DNA of 64,000 bases, taken from Sarea resinae. Its lineage: Eukaryota. The stretch covers positions 1 through 64,000 of the forward strand of contig JAPEUD010000100.1 in assembly GCA_026026165.1 (NCBI GenBank). The letters are read 5' to 3'. A model generated the notes under the pieces. It was given only the letters and a program-made list of their open reading frames with translations, had not been told where the DNA came from and made no database searches. The position numbers were made by a program, and so were the translations under genes. Shown one piece after another: positions 1-13,620 of the stretch. Every line of letters begins with the position of its first letter. Within the stretch, counting starts at the first letter, position 1.

Positions 1-108
1 CCCCCCTCCCCCCCCCAAATTCTCTCCCTCTTCGTCCTTGTGCCCTCAAACCACACAGCACCTCCGTCTTCAAAATGGCACTGACACTTACGGCACCGGC
101 ACCCACAG

Positions 109-516
109 CTCGTAGGGATGACATTCAACTGCAAGTCGCGACCGCACGTGCAATCGATGATCCTCGCCACCGATGCCGTCGCGCTCACCCATCTCCTCGA
201 CTCGGGAACGATGGCATGCCCGCCCACCATGGCCGACGCCGTGCAGGCCGAGATGAGCATCACGCCCGTGATCCAGGCCGCCGGCTACAACGTCACCGCG
301 CTCATGACGGCCTACCATAGCGGCCTGGACTACGTCACCAGCTGCAACCACTCCGACGTCCTGTACGAGGACAGCTATTGGGATACTGATATCCATCCAT
401 ATGATACTGGGTTCATCAAGGCGAATCGCAATATCAATCCGCTGGTCATTGAGAGGCTGACCGAGTGGCATGATGGCTGGGGATATAGTAGCTATGACTT
501 TTGTGGGGGGGTTTAA
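109..516 (+). CDS. Last exon of a conserved-looking fungal hypothetical protein (5' part outside window)
   Basis: Branch site CTGAC (81) and acceptor CAG ending at 108 lead into LVGMTFNC...HVQSMILATD...DIHPYDTGFIKANR, stop at 516; GC3-rich codon usage. Confidence 0.65.
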   Translation, partial: LVGMTFNCKSRPHVQSMILATDAVALTHLLDSGTMACPPTMADAVQAEMSITPVIQAAGYNVTALMTAYHSGLDYVTSCNHSDVLYEDSYWDTDIHPYDTGFIKANRNINPLVIERLTEWHDGWGYSSYDFCGGV

Positions 517-1369
517 GACGCTTGTTTGACGCTTGTGGGGGAGGGGGGCTTAGACATCATCGAAGACGCTTGTGGGGTTTTAAACCAGCGACCACGACCT
601 TTGTAGGGAACTTTAGACAGGGCGGCTGCGTGTTAACATGTGTTTAGAGTTCTAAGAACATGCATGGATAGAAAAAATAGAATAAATGACCAAAACCGAC
701 CGTAATCCCAAAACCCCACCATAGTCTTTTCTCTCCTTTCCCTGCTCGCTTTCCCTTTCCCTTTCCCTCTCTCTCTCTTTCTCTCTCTCTCTCTCTTCTC
801 CACCCATTCCCCAACAGCCACTCCTCCATCTCATCACCTATCCCCCATCCCCGCTGAATGCAGCTTGTGCAAGAACTGATGGATGGATCGACGGACGACG
901 TGATAAGATATTCGATCATTCTATGCGATGTCATGGTCTGGTATACCTTCGGTAGGCAAGGGAGGACGTAGGACATAGGACGTTGGAAGCGGGGGTAGAT
1001 GGTAGAGGGGAAGAGAGAGGATCATGCGCCTGGGTGGAGTTGAAACGATAAGATGCCGAACACGGCATACCCCACGCCAGCCGATCAGACAATCCCGACC
1101 CATGTTCGTCTTCACATTCACAGTGCAGACACAGCAATTCCGGAGTCAATTGAGTAGATACTCTGTTCCATCATCCTAGACTAGAGATGACACCAGACCA
1201 AGAAACATAAGAACCCAGATGGATGGCCAAGAAGAGAAAAAAAAAAGGAGGCAGAGAATCTCCTTGCCCCAGCCCACGACGCAGCACAGCACAATACATC
1301 CACCCAGACGAGACTAGGCCGACAAACGGGCAGAAAAAATAAGAGAGGGCCCTTCGTTCAAACCAAAAT

Positions 1370-4300
1370 TCAGACGAAAATCCGCTCGAAGCTGTATTTG
1401 CCCACGCGCATGCTCTTCTCTCTACCGACGTCGCGCGCGCTGCGTTTGATGATCTCGCCACCAGCCCCGACTCGCGTCCTCGAGATGGCCGCCTCGGCCC
1501 GGAGGCCCAGCGGGAGGAATTTACCTGCGCCCTCTTCGTCCGTCGGAAGAGCAAGGGTGACGGGCTTGTTGTTGGCTGAGCGCACGAAGCTGGCAATAGC
1601 ATCTGGCTGTGGGCCAGCGAGAGCAGCAGCAGTAGTAGAAGATGCTGAGACGGCCTTTTTCAAACCACCCTGAGTGATGGACTTCCCGTACCGGAGGAGC
1701 CCATCGAGGAGGCCGCGCAGATACGTGGCTTCTTCGATACCCTCGAGCGCGGCCGATACCTCGGCTTTCAGAAACGTGACTAGCGCCTCGGTTTCGGGCA
1801 CGGCATCTGCCGTGTCGCCTCCAGAGAGCCAGCCGCCTGCGCCGATGGCGTCGAGGGCGCTGTTAAGGAGCGTACCGATGAGTGTGACGCTGTGGTCAGA
1901 GGCGTTGTCGCCGTCGTCATCATCGTCCTCGGCTGTGGTGAAGTCGGCGTCAAGGTATCGCGACGTCCAGCCTCCCGAAGCGAGCTCGATGCGGAGGAGA
2001 TGGATCAGGGCGATGATCTCGGGCCGGGACAGTCCACGTCGGAGGGCTTTGGTTATGGTTTTAGGAGGGAGATCGTGGAGTTTCGTAAGAGCCAGAGTGA
2101 GAGCCTGCCCCCGGATGGCGGAGCCATGGTCGAGTGTTGAGAGGGCCAGGTCGAGGTCTTCGACGGCCAGGGCGGCCTCGCGGCTGATGGCTTGGTCGAG
2201 ATCTCCGTTGGTGAGGGGCTCCTCGTCGGAATTGGTGAGTAGGAGTTGTTTGCTGCGAGGATTTTCTGCGAATTCCAGACTGCGCATTACGTGCCTGATG
2301 GCTTGGACGAGTGCTGCGGGACCAAGATAGCACGGACTCGAAAGCAGGGACACGAGGAATCCCATTTCGGGGTCGAAGCGGACGATGCTGTCGACGAACT
2401 GCTCGGGAAGTATTTCCAGTGGAGAATCAGGCTCAGCTTCATGTAAAGCTTCTGCTAGCACTGGTGGAGAGAAAAGACCAGTTCCTAGTAACCAGTGGGC
2501 GACATTTGGCGGGAAGAATACAATTGTCAGGGTTGACCCGCTCTTTGTGTTTTCGTCGCCGTCATCTTCCTGGATGTCCTGGTCTTGGCCGTTGGTACAC
2601 TCGAAGATCTTGCTTAGCGCGTAAAGAGCCCTTTGCCGGTCTACTGGTCTTTTGAGGATTGATTTCTGCCTCTTGGTAACGTCCTTGTTAAATTTCCAAT
2701 CTGGAAGAGGTTTCGAATCAGGGAGGTGCTCCGACGAGAGATCGGCTGGTGACTCGGCGCCAACTCCATTTACCATGGTCTTGTCCTTTTCCACCCCACT
2801 GGACACGCTTTTCCCGTCTTTCCACTTCTTCAATTGCGACCCATCTCTTTCTATACCTAGTTGATCTGCAAAGACCCTCTCGAAATTCCGTATATCCCCA
2901 CGTGAGGCGTAACGGTCCAAATCCGATTTTGCTTTACGCCAGGAGTCATCTTCCGCTGCATCGGCACCGGTGATGTACGCCCCTAGAAATCCCGGAAAGC
3001 TGTCATGTGAAGGCTGAATCTTCTTGGCTTCGTCTGTCTGAATCCCGCGATGAAGAGAATCGACCAGAAGACCGGTCTGTTGTTTTCTCCTGCCTCCATT
3101 GGAGCCGGACAAAGACACTTGAAAGCCTACAAGTTCATTACCTGCCAACCCCACCGCCACACCAAGCTTTGATATGTGGGTGAGTAGCTGGATCGGAGTA
3201 GATGACTCGAAGTTATCATGTTTTCTTTTCTTGTCGGCAGCAGAATCAGAGCCATCCGAAATCGAAAATGAAGCCTGCAATGACCTGTATTTGAGATCGT
3301 AAACGCCAACAGACGAAGAAGAGGCCGCTAGAATAGAAGATGGAGAAAGTCGAAGGAAAGACGTAAATTCTATTTGATGAGGTCGGAATTCCGCGGCTAA
3401 GCGAGGAAGAGTGCCAGATAGATCAATAGTATTTACTTGACCATCTAGAAGCTGGTACAATGTCCCACTGGAGGGATCCAGGGAATATTCGGGGTTTGAG
3501 AATTCGTTCTTCGTGTTCGATTGCGGTAATCTCGAACAGAGAAGTTGAAGGGGTGAGTTCGGTCGTAGCGAAAGAATGTGTAAATTATCGCCCTGGTGGG
3601 CGGCAGAGTGACTGATAAGCACCAGGATGGGGATATGGTGATGGTCCACCGCATGTCCTTCGCTGAGTACCGCCAGGACGTCTTCCCTGCCCCGCAAAAG
3701 CCCTTGGCGTGAATTTTCAGAATCTGTCAAGCAGGCGTAGTCCAACCGGAGGTTGGGATCGGTCTGGCCTGATGGCTCGAGGCTCAATATCGAGTTGGCC
3801 AGGCGACTCCATCGCTCTTGGCTCAAGTCTCCCGACAAGCACTGAATCTCGCCGCGTTCGTGTACAAGAAGCAGATCATGGGCAGCCGAATTTTCGGTCG
3901 AAGGTATTATATCCAAATGCACGACCGGACTGAACGAGTTGGGGATATTGAAGGTTGCAGTAGTGGTACTCTCGGACTCCAACGGGTCCGTTCTCGTCTC
4001 CGAGAACAACGTCACCTGGGATTTGGTGCTGTGAGTCGACACATAGGTGAAGCGTCGACCAGCCGAGGATCTGGTAGGTTTGGTACGCAAACAGCAAGGC
4101 GGACAGGTAAAGGATGACTGCGGCGGTAGCGCATATGACGTTACGAGGCGTGGCATTTGCACCTGCTCAAAAAAGTCAGAAAAGCTCATCAGGTTCAGTC
4201 TTCGCGTTTCTCACGTCATAGATGTTGACGCTCTCGCCGTCAATGGCCACGACAACCTCTGCCCTCTTCCGCTTCTTCGACCCCGAGACGCTGAAGACAT

Positions 4301-4382
4301 CCTGAACAAGGACCTTCCCTCCCGCAGCATTCAATGGATGGGGTAGACTGGCCAAGGTGTAAGGGGTGTCGAGGGTGGCCAT
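1370..4382 (-). CDS. UTP8: U3 snoRNA-associated protein Utp8-like (SSU processome tUTP)
   Basis: Exon 1 MATLDTPYTLASLP...SKKRKRAEVVVAIDGESVNIYD; GT-AG intron 4214-4163; long exon 2 VQMPRLVTSYALPPQ... ending VGKYSFERIFV. The termini resemble filamentous-fungal Utp8. Confidence 0.75.
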
Positions 4383-4822
4383 CTTGCGTCGCATTGGTGG
4401 TCGCCAGCGGTGTCGTGAAGCCGTCAGAGCGTGAACGGTCCATGATATTTATCTTCAAAATCTCAATCCTCAAATATTTTGCGGTCGCCGGTTCGCTCGG
4501 TGGTGCAAAAAGTAGAGACTATGCCCGATCGGGCAAAGATGGGATCATTCGCGTCTCCCGCCGCTCGTCTGTGGTTTGGTCGACACGATCGAGACGCGCT
4601 CGACAATTGACGGTATATCACTACTGCAGTACCCTCATTCACTGCGACTGCTCTTCTCTCCATCTTTCCTCGGTGGTCATCCGTCACCACTCACCTCAAT
4701 GAGCCCTATTTTTCACCTCAAATTCACATCATACGGCTCTTGGATTGCTCCTCTTCCTCTCCGCGCCCGCCGATCGCTTTCACGTGAAGCTGCGATGCGA
4801 GTGAAGTTATAGCGATGGGTCG

Positions 4823-7800
4823 ATGGCAGTCAGCATCGTTGCAATGGAAATGAAGCCAGATGTCGACAAGACAGTGCATCCATTCTTCGATAAGCATTGG
4901 CGTAAGTGTGATCTTGCCTGTCTGGGTCGGAGCATAATGTGAACCTGATTGACACAATTGCTCAGGTTCTCTGCGAACTCATACAGCTGACGATCAATCC
5001 TTGACAACTTCTTCGGCTCCACCTAAGGACCTCGCAGAGACAGCAAGAGCCAAAGAGAGCCTGAAATTGCATCCGGCCTTGGCAGCAAAGCATACTGAGG
5101 GGGGTGAATCTGAGGCGCAGTCAGGGCAAGAGTCCAAGATCGATGGACCTCTACGTAAACCTGATGGCGCAGTACGACCCACTGGGGATCTACTATTGCC
5201 CCGGCATATGGGAGAGGCCCGAAATGATAGGAAAGACGTATCTGCTCTAGAAGAGGACCTGAATCTGGATCGACGAAAACGCCGGAGAACCACCTCCCCG
5301 CAAGCTCTCTCTCGCTCACCTCACAATACCGACTTGCCGCCGCTTATAAGGTCTTCTTCTTGGGACGACCTGTCATGGCAACAGCAATTGGAGATGGCCA
5401 CAAAGGAAAGTGCTGCAGACCCAGTCGGAGAGCCAAGAAAGGACCTAAGCGCATCATTATATCACCAAGAAGAACAGTCTGCTACTTTTCAGGAGGAGAG
5501 TCTAGGACATTTGGAAAATCATCAAATGCTCTCAAACAAGCCCGCAGCACACATGCACACGGATTTGGCAGGTTCTCCTGCTTCAGCCCCTTCCCCTTCT
5601 ATCGCCCCCCCACTTACAAATCCATTGCCATCGCCATGGCAGTCTGGATTGGATGGAGCCTCTGACTCCCCGAAATCCGAGTTGCCGTCACCGAAGAAAC
5701 CAGCAACCCCAAAAAAGATGTTGCGGTTGAACGCTCAAGGGAAATTCAGTTCGCCAATATCAAAGGCCCCCGTGAAGAGCTCCGCTCCAAGCAAAGACGA
5801 AAAGAAGGGAAGGATTACGAGAGCTAGGTCAACACAGAAGAACCCTAGTCAACTGATTGCTGTCCTCAAGTATGGAGGCACTGATGAGGCTCGAAGTCGA
5901 ATTGGCCGTCAAATCGAAAGCATAATCAATGGCAACTCCAAAGTAGAATCGACTCCGCCGTTGACGGCCCCCCAGGACGCGAAGCCTGTCGTACCGCAAG
6001 GGCCTCCTAAGCCTACTCACCCTTTCTTCCTTGGAAAGGCTGCTCGCAATGCTGGCATGGCTAAAGCATCAGCCGATCCCCTTGCACTATCTCCGGCGGG
6101 ATCTGCTCCTTTGACTGAAAATGAGAACAAGGGGGGGGCTCGCTCCGCCGATCGTGATACGGCGACCAAACTTTCAGCTCATCTACAAAGAAGCTCCGTT
6201 TGCCCCACGTTTACCAATATTATGAACCGGTCTGCAGCCCTCAAATTCCCAGGAGCAATCCGACCTGCCTGGCCGTGGAAAGGTATCGCCCACGTCCGTG
6301 GATTGGACAGCAGCCAGAATGAGATTACATCTATGCTTGGTGATTCTTTCACCTCAGATGGTCATATCCATGGTCCAAGGAAACTAAAGGATGCGGTAAT
6401 TCAGGTTCCGAAATCAGACGACATTATCTCTAATCTTTCGAAAAGACTCAACATTGGCCGCTATCTCAAGGAATTGGAACAGGACGCTTTGCATATGCCT
6501 TCAGAGGCATTACGCCTTCCACAACGGATGCTATTAACGGGTACACAAATTCAAGAATCAGTACGCACGGAAATGCTCGCTAAGCTCCCTCCCATTTCGG
6601 ATGAATCCTCCGAGTCCAACGATGAGGATCATCTTCAAAGCTCCGAGCATCCTACCAAAATCCATCCGGCGGTGTCAAAAATGTACCACGGGATCAAATA
6701 TTCGTTCTCACCCTTCGATAAGTCGACGTGTGAGACTCAAATGTGGGTGCAGAAGTATGCGCCCAAAGCAGCAGCCGAAGTTTTGCAGTCAGGAAAGGAG
6801 GCTTTACTTCTTCGTGACTGGCTGAGCAAGTTGACCGTCACCTCTGTCGAATCCGGTACAAACGAGCATACGAAGACAAGCAACATCTCAAATAACTCGA
6901 AGCGCTCGGGCCCTGCCAAAAGCGATAGTGGCAAATCGAAAAAGAAACGCAAGAGGGCCGAGGATCTGGATGGATTTATCATATCAAGCGAAGATGAAGC
7001 AAATGAGATGAATGAAGTCTCCGATATTGAGGAAACTGCACCATTGCTAGCCTTGAATTCAACTTCGAAGAAATCCGTGATTAGAGCTGGTGACTTGGAC
7101 AGCCCTGGAAAGCAAGGGCGAATGGCTAATGCTGTGGTTCTCAGTGGACCAAGCGGGAGTGGTAAAACTGCTGCTGCATATGCTGTGGCGAACGAATTGA
7201 ATTTTGAAGTATTCGAGATAAATTCAGGAAGTCGTCGAAGTGGAAAAGACATACTCGACAAAGTTGGGGACATGACGAGAAATCATCTGGTGCATCATGC
7301 AAAGCAAGACGGAGATGCGGCTAACGATGAGGGACTACTCCAAATCACTGACGCTTTGAGGAAGGAGCTAGATTCCGGTAGACAGGGAACAATGAACACG
7401 TTTTTCAAGCCCAAGGCTCAAGCGAAAGCAAAGAGTAAGCAGAAACAATTAACGACGAAGCCGGAAGAAACCCAAAAGGCCCATATACAGCAAAAAAAGA
7501 GGCAATCAGTAATACTTCTCGAGGAGGTTGATGTCCTTTTCGAGGAAGATAGGCAATTTTGGCTCACAGTCCTGACGCTCATCGCTCAATCCAAGCGTCC
7601 GGTCATCATGACATGCAACGATGAAGCCCAGCTACCTTTTGAAGCACTTTCGCTTCATGCCATACTTCGATTCGCTTCTCCTTCTGAGGACATGGTTGCA
7701 GATTATCTCCTTTCGCTTGTGGGAAGGGAGGGACATTTGCTCCAACGTCGTGCACTCGTTGATCTCTACAAAGCCAGTCATCATGATCTTCGTGCGACTA

Positions 7801-9002
7801 TTACCGAGCTCGACTTTTGGTGTCAAATGGCGGTGGGGGATCAAAAGGGTGGACTTGAATGGATGCCGGACTACTCGAACGTCAAAAAGATGGGAGAGAA
7901 ATCGGGAGAAATCGTTCGGGTAGCTAGCAAGGACACATACCAGGCAAGTATGAGTCTTTTGAACCATGACAAAGAAACAGAATTCGAGGAGAGGCCTTTC
8001 GAACGGGAGGAAGAGCTCCTGGGAGAGATGTGGACCAGCTGGGAAATAGACGTTGGCGACTGGAATGAGCACGGCGATCTGCAGAAATGGGCCGAAAGGG
8101 TCTCTTTACCTGGAGAGGATCGAGACCGGAGCCTCAAATCACTAAAAGATTTTCAAACATTTCTTGAAAACTCTAGTGCTGCGGACATCTATTCTGGGCG
8201 GGGTCTGCGGAAGTCTGAACAGGTCAGTTCATCGGCCTAGAGAAAGAAAGCGAACTAATCATTGTAGGTTTTGATCGATGCAACGCAGCCCCCTATCTCG
8301 CAAAAGAGTCGGCATAGCTATGTTGAGGGCTATGCTTTGCTGGAAGCTAATTCACCCGTGGATTACGACAATTTCGACACACATATAGGACTCTGGTCGA
8401 AGGCGAATGCAAAGCATTGTCTCAACTTGAACAGTGTTGACAATTCAGATAATTGCGGTTCACCTTTGCGACCGTTGGCATCACGCGATGCCATTCGGAT
8501 GATCACATCACTCGACACCTTCGACACCCGAAACCAGCCTCTGACCCGTTTGGACCTTTCGAACGCTTTCGACCCAATCGCAGAAGAATCAAAAGCGAAA
8601 GCAACCCCTATGCAGTTGGGTGGCATGCAGTCCTCCGTTTTTGATCGAACTACCACGCTCATTGCTGAGGATCTCGCACCTTATGTTCGCTCAATCGTTT
8701 CGTACGACTTGCAATTGGAAGCTCAGCGTCTAAAAATGAGCAGTCTGCTCTCTGAAGGCGGCCGAAATGGCAAACGTATGCGCACCACCCGAGCCAGTCG
8801 CTCTGCTCTTGAAGGGGGAATCAGATCGAATACTCGAAGAGAACGATGGTTCACGAACGAACTGAATCCGGGGTTTGTACTGAAGACAGCAGGTCACGGT
8901 TGGAGGGAGGCAGCAGAGGAAGTGGCTAGTGCTAAAACGGATGCCGGTTCTACAATTGACGAAGAGTCTTCCTTGCCAAGTTCTTCTCCCGAGAGTGTAT
9001 AA
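4823..9002 (+). CDS. ELG1: Elg1/ATAD5-like AAA+ ATPase, large subunit of the alternative RFC PCNA unloader
   Basis: Exon 1 (4823-4901, ...VHPFF...) splices in frame over intron 4902-4965 to the 5001-8240 ORF; WVQKYAP box, Walker A GPSGSGKT, FEINSGSRRSGKD, Walker B LLEEVD; intron 8223-8267; C-terminal RMRTTRASRSALEGG. Confidence 0.85.
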
Positions 9003-9584
9003 CGACAGATGTCGGCTGCTGCATTCGGGCCATTTGGCGTTGGTTGCTTTCTGATTTGGATTTTGCATTGCATTGCGGAATCATACATCATTGGAATGGC
9101 GTTCTTGTACTTTGGCTGGCTGATGGCTTGATATCAATTCTGTTGCCGTGGCAGGGGTTCATATAGATAGTTATTTAGGGAATGTATATGTGGTCGGAAG
9201 GTAAATGATAGACCAACCGATGACAACAAGACTGCCTCAAATGGTTTGAACGTGCTCCGTATACTTCTACGCAGAATAACTCGATATATTTTGAAAGGAG
9301 ACCGTGAATGATACTGGATAGGGTGTCCGGTGTTGACGGTGGAGAAGCGGTGATTGCGCCAGGACAAGCGAGAACATGGATGTCGTCAAGCGCGCGCCGG
9401 GCCCGGCTGCACTCACAACCTGAAGCTTGGCCATCATCTCATCGTACTCGTCCCTGCTCTGCACCTCTGCACCCTTCACCCGCCATCCCTCACAGTCAGT
9501 TATGATAGTACGACTAATCGCGCCAATGGTATCATAAATAATACAGCTTCCAGTTGATTGCATTCTGTTTACAATATACCCAAA

Positions 9585-12022
9585 ATGTCTTTATTTGGTG
9601 ATGAGGCCGCCGAGTCTCCCTTGGGGCTCCCCCCATCGCGATCCCAAAAGTCACTCTTCGACGACGAACCAAGTCCTGCCGCAGCTTCACGCTCTTCACT
9701 ATTCGCCGACGATGACGTTGGTGGCGGAGAGTCCCCATGGAGTTTTCCCACCCCGAAACGGGCTGCGCGTGGCAATCTGGTGAAGACGCTTTTGCCCGCC
9801 GCAGAGGTGCCGGAGAGCTACATTGACACATACGATGCGCTACTCGATTCGGGTGATCGAGTTGGGGCCGGACTGAGCTTGACGGGAATCAAGAAGCTAC
9901 TCGCTGATAGTGGTTTGAGCGCGGAGGATCAAGGGAAGGTGCTCGATATCGTGCTACCCGATGATCACGAGGCGGAGCATGGAGTGGGCCGGGGCGAGTT
10001 CAATGTCTTGCTGGCTTTGATCGGCCTTGCGCAGGAGAAGGAAGACATCTCGCTGGATGGAGTAGATGACCGAAGGAAAAGCATGTTCTTTGCGCCATCA
10101 CATTTTCATTCTACTGACGTCTGCAGATCTACCACAGCCATCCTTGCCATCATCAGCGAAACCGAGCGAATCCGTATCGAAGCCTCAGCCGAAGGTATAC
10201 GAGCCGCAACAGAAAGGGAATCTATCATCCTCACACGCCACCCCAGCAGCCTCGCCCGCGCGGACGCGCATCGCGCACAATGGAGCAGAATTTCCCGAGA
10301 CGGACCCGTGGGCTAGCCCTGCCCCCCATAAGAGCTCTGATGCTCCGGCTAGCAATGGAAATTCAAATAGCCAGACGGCTGACATCTATAGTACCGTTCC
10401 GAATAGGACGGCGAGTTTTACGTCTCATTCGGAAGCCCCGACCTCCAATAACCAGTCCGCCCACATTGATACAGGGTCTGCTGCAGGAGGCTGGGGGTCT
10501 TATGATGGTGCAAATGCGGGTTTCGTGGGCGCCAACACGTCTGGCCTAGGGGAAGGGTTTGGGATTCCCGGTGGCGACGATGGGGATAATCTCAATTCCG
10601 GGCTAGGAGGGAGATCGCTTGGGCCTGGAAGAATAGCTGGAAGCGGTATCGAAGAAATTGTGACGGTTACAGTTTTGCCGGAGAAAGAAGGCATGTTTCT
10701 ATTCCAGCACCGCAATTACCAAATTGCTAGCTCGAGAAGAGCAAGCAATGTCATACGGCGGTATAGCGATTTTGTCTGGCTATTGGACTGTTTGCACAAG
10801 AGATATCCGTTCCGACAGTTGCCGTTATTGCCTCCAAAGAGGGTTGCTGGTGAGGGTTTGTCATCCTTTCTTACTTTTAATCTCTAACGACTGTAGTCAA
10901 TGGTAACCACCTCTCTTCAGACGCCGGTTTTATCGAGAAAAGGAGGCGCGGTCTCGCCCGATTCACAAACGCCCTGGTTCGGCATCCGGTCCTGAGTCAG
11001 GAACAATTGGTCATCATGTTTCTTACCGTTCCGACTGTAGGTATTTTCTCGCCATGATGGTTTTCAACGCTAACAATTTTCAGGAGCTCGCAGTGTGGCG
11101 TAAGCAAGCTACCATATCCGTGCAAGAAGAATTCATTGGCAAAGCTCTTCCTCCGACGCTGGAAGACTCACTCCCTCCATCCCTCAACGAAACTTTCGAT
11201 ACAGTCCGTTCCGGAGTCCGTCGTTCAGCTGAGATCTACATCAACCTCTGCAGTGTCCTCGAGCGACTATCGAAACGCAAGGAGGGTATCGCAGCAGACT
11301 ATCTCCGCTTCTCACTCGGTCTGCAATCGTTGACCGAGACATCGGAAAACACCTACGCTATTGATACAAACGATGTGCCTCTTCTCAACGAGGGACTGAA
11401 TTCAACCGCCAAGCACCTATCCGCGAGCCAAAGTCTGCTCGAGGATGAAGCGCGCGCCTGGGATGAGGGCATATTGGAGGATCTTAAGAGACAGCGAGAT
11501 GCGCTTGTCAGTATGCGCGATATGTTTGATCGACGTGATCGATTTGCCAAGGATAACATTCCAGCCTTGGAGAAGAAGATTTCGAATAATGAGAACAAAT
11601 TGGCTGGGTTGAGGGCGAGGACTGACGGTGTGAAGCCCGGCGAGGTGGAGAAGGTTGAAGATGCTATCATCAAGGTTTGTTTTCTTTTTGGTTTGATTAC
11701 TAGTGTTGCACTTTATCTCTCCTCTCCTTGCCCTCTTCTTCGCTTTACTTCATTCTCTTCTCTTTTTCTCCCTTCCTAGTCTTCTAGCAGCTAATCCCAT
11801 CTCTTTCTGCAGGACAAACAATCCATCGTCTCGCAACACGCGCGCGGCGTCTTCATCAAAGAATGTCTTCGCGACGAGGTCGTGTATTTCCAGTCATCGC
11901 AGTTCCACGTCAGCCGGATGCACCAAGATTGGAGCCAGGAGCGCGTCAAGTATGCCGAGCTACAGGCGGATAATTGGAGAGGCTTGAGCGAGGAGTTGGA
12001 GGGTATGCCGTTGGGCGAGTAG
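9585..12022 (+). CDS. MVP1: Sorting nexin Mvp1 (PX-BAR)
   Basis: MSLFGD start; PX domain EKEGMFLFQHRNY...RRYSDFVWL...KRYPFRQLPLLPPKR; BAR region ending ELEGMPLGE*; introns 10081-10126 (GC-AG), 10850-10896, 11037-11083, 11675-11812. Confidence 0.92.
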
Positions 12023-13275
12023 TAGAGTAGAGCAGAGTCGAGTAGAGTAGATCTCGGGGTGGAGGTCTTGTAATTGGGGATGGGAGGGAGGGATCGAGGG
12101 AGAGGAGTATGATGGGAGAGAGAAGAAGAGAAGTAAGAGGGAGCGCCAAGCGGGATCTTTTTGTAGTAAATTCCCTTGCCGCCTCATCTCATTTCATCTT
12201 ATTTCATCTCATCTCGTGCTGGCGCCAGTGAATGTCTCGTCTGAGGTTGTGTTCGCGTGGGCTGAGGGAAGAAAGAGCAGATGTCTCTGTGTTTGAATGT
12301 AGCATGAGTATGTGGGGATGCGCGAGCGTGGGCGGCGGCGGTTGTGAGTAGCTTAACCTAGGCATTGATATCCTGTTTCGCGTCTATTCTCTATGTTCTA
12401 CTCTCCGTCTTCCGTTTTCTGTCTTCCGTTTACATTTCCGCGTCTGCTTTTGTTTTCATTTCTCTCCTCGGGGCCTCTTCAATCTTCCGTCTTTCCCCAC
12501 TCTCTTTATTTTATCCTTCTCTTCTTTCCTCTTTTCATAGTCTCCGCCCATGTACATTGAATGCGGAGCTGTTATATCCCTGTTCCTATTCCCGTATCGT
12601 ATCCCATATCCCAGAACCCATATCCCATATCCCATTCCTTTCCTATTTCTATTCCTACTCCTATTTCTACCCCCTTTCCCGTCTATTTCTATCCCCATTT
12701 CCTCCATTTTCCTCTTAGTTTTGCTCTTATATGTGTATGTGTGTGTGTCTATCTCTCTCTCTGGCGGTTTAGGCTTTTCTTGCCTTTCGTTTTCCGTTCT
12801 CTTACGTACTTGTTACAGCGACGGCTGTTGACGGTGACGTTGATGGATGGTGCCAGTAGTAGTGCCAGTGCCAGTGGTAGTGATAGTGATAATGATAGCA
12901 ATAGCAATTATCAACCCCCCCCTCCCTTCCAACAACCTCCAGCTCACTAACCTCGTCGATCCTACCCACCTACTTGACCTACCCTGACCTCTCTACCTCT
13001 CTACCTCACTCTCTACCTCACTCTCTACCTCACTCTCTACCGTATCTACTATAGCTAGATAAACACAGTCTCCATTACCTCGATCTCTGCTATACCAGAT
13101 CAGAGGCACATGGGTCTGGTTTGGTCTGGCCAAGTTATGCCGTCATAGTAGTAACGTTGACAAAGGGGACGGGGAGAGGGCGGGGGCTACTAAAGTATGG
13201 TTGTTCGTTGTTCGGTGTGGGTTTGTTATATGGCCAAGGTCATGGTCATGGTTGTGGTCATGGCAACGGCCACGC
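12020..13275. repeat. Simple-sequence-rich intergenic region
   Basis: AGTAG-like repeats ~12020-12050, ATCCC-like repeats ~12575-12700, GCCAGT/GATAGT hexamers ~12850-12905, CTCTCTACCT(CA) repeats ~12988-13041, GGTCAT hexamers ~13238-13262. Confidence 0.7.
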
Positions 13276-13620
13276 GCGTTGTTTCACCACTTCCTCACCT
13301 CTTGCATGCATCCAAGACACATATCTGATATGATCGCATCGGATCTGCTTTGGTTTCTGCGTTTGAATAACTCATGCATTGGTTGATTGATTGATGGATT
13401 GATAGGAGCGCCCGTTTCGTTTCGTAGCTATTGTACAATGATGCCGAACGGAAGCAGAGAAGAGAGATCCCGGCCACGTTCCGTCGCCGGGCTTGGATCA
13501 TCAGGACATATATATGACACCAGTTACCTTTTCCCCACCCCTTCTTCCCTTTTCGTGCGCTCGCCGTCTACAAAGACTGGGCTCGGAAATGAACAGATGC
13601 CGTCTTCTTCGCTCTTTTGC

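Noticed and set aside
12365..12950. Hydrophobic or charged ORFs in the track (also 633-976 and 26073-26572)
   Set aside because: They are translations of microsatellite and polypyrimidine tracts
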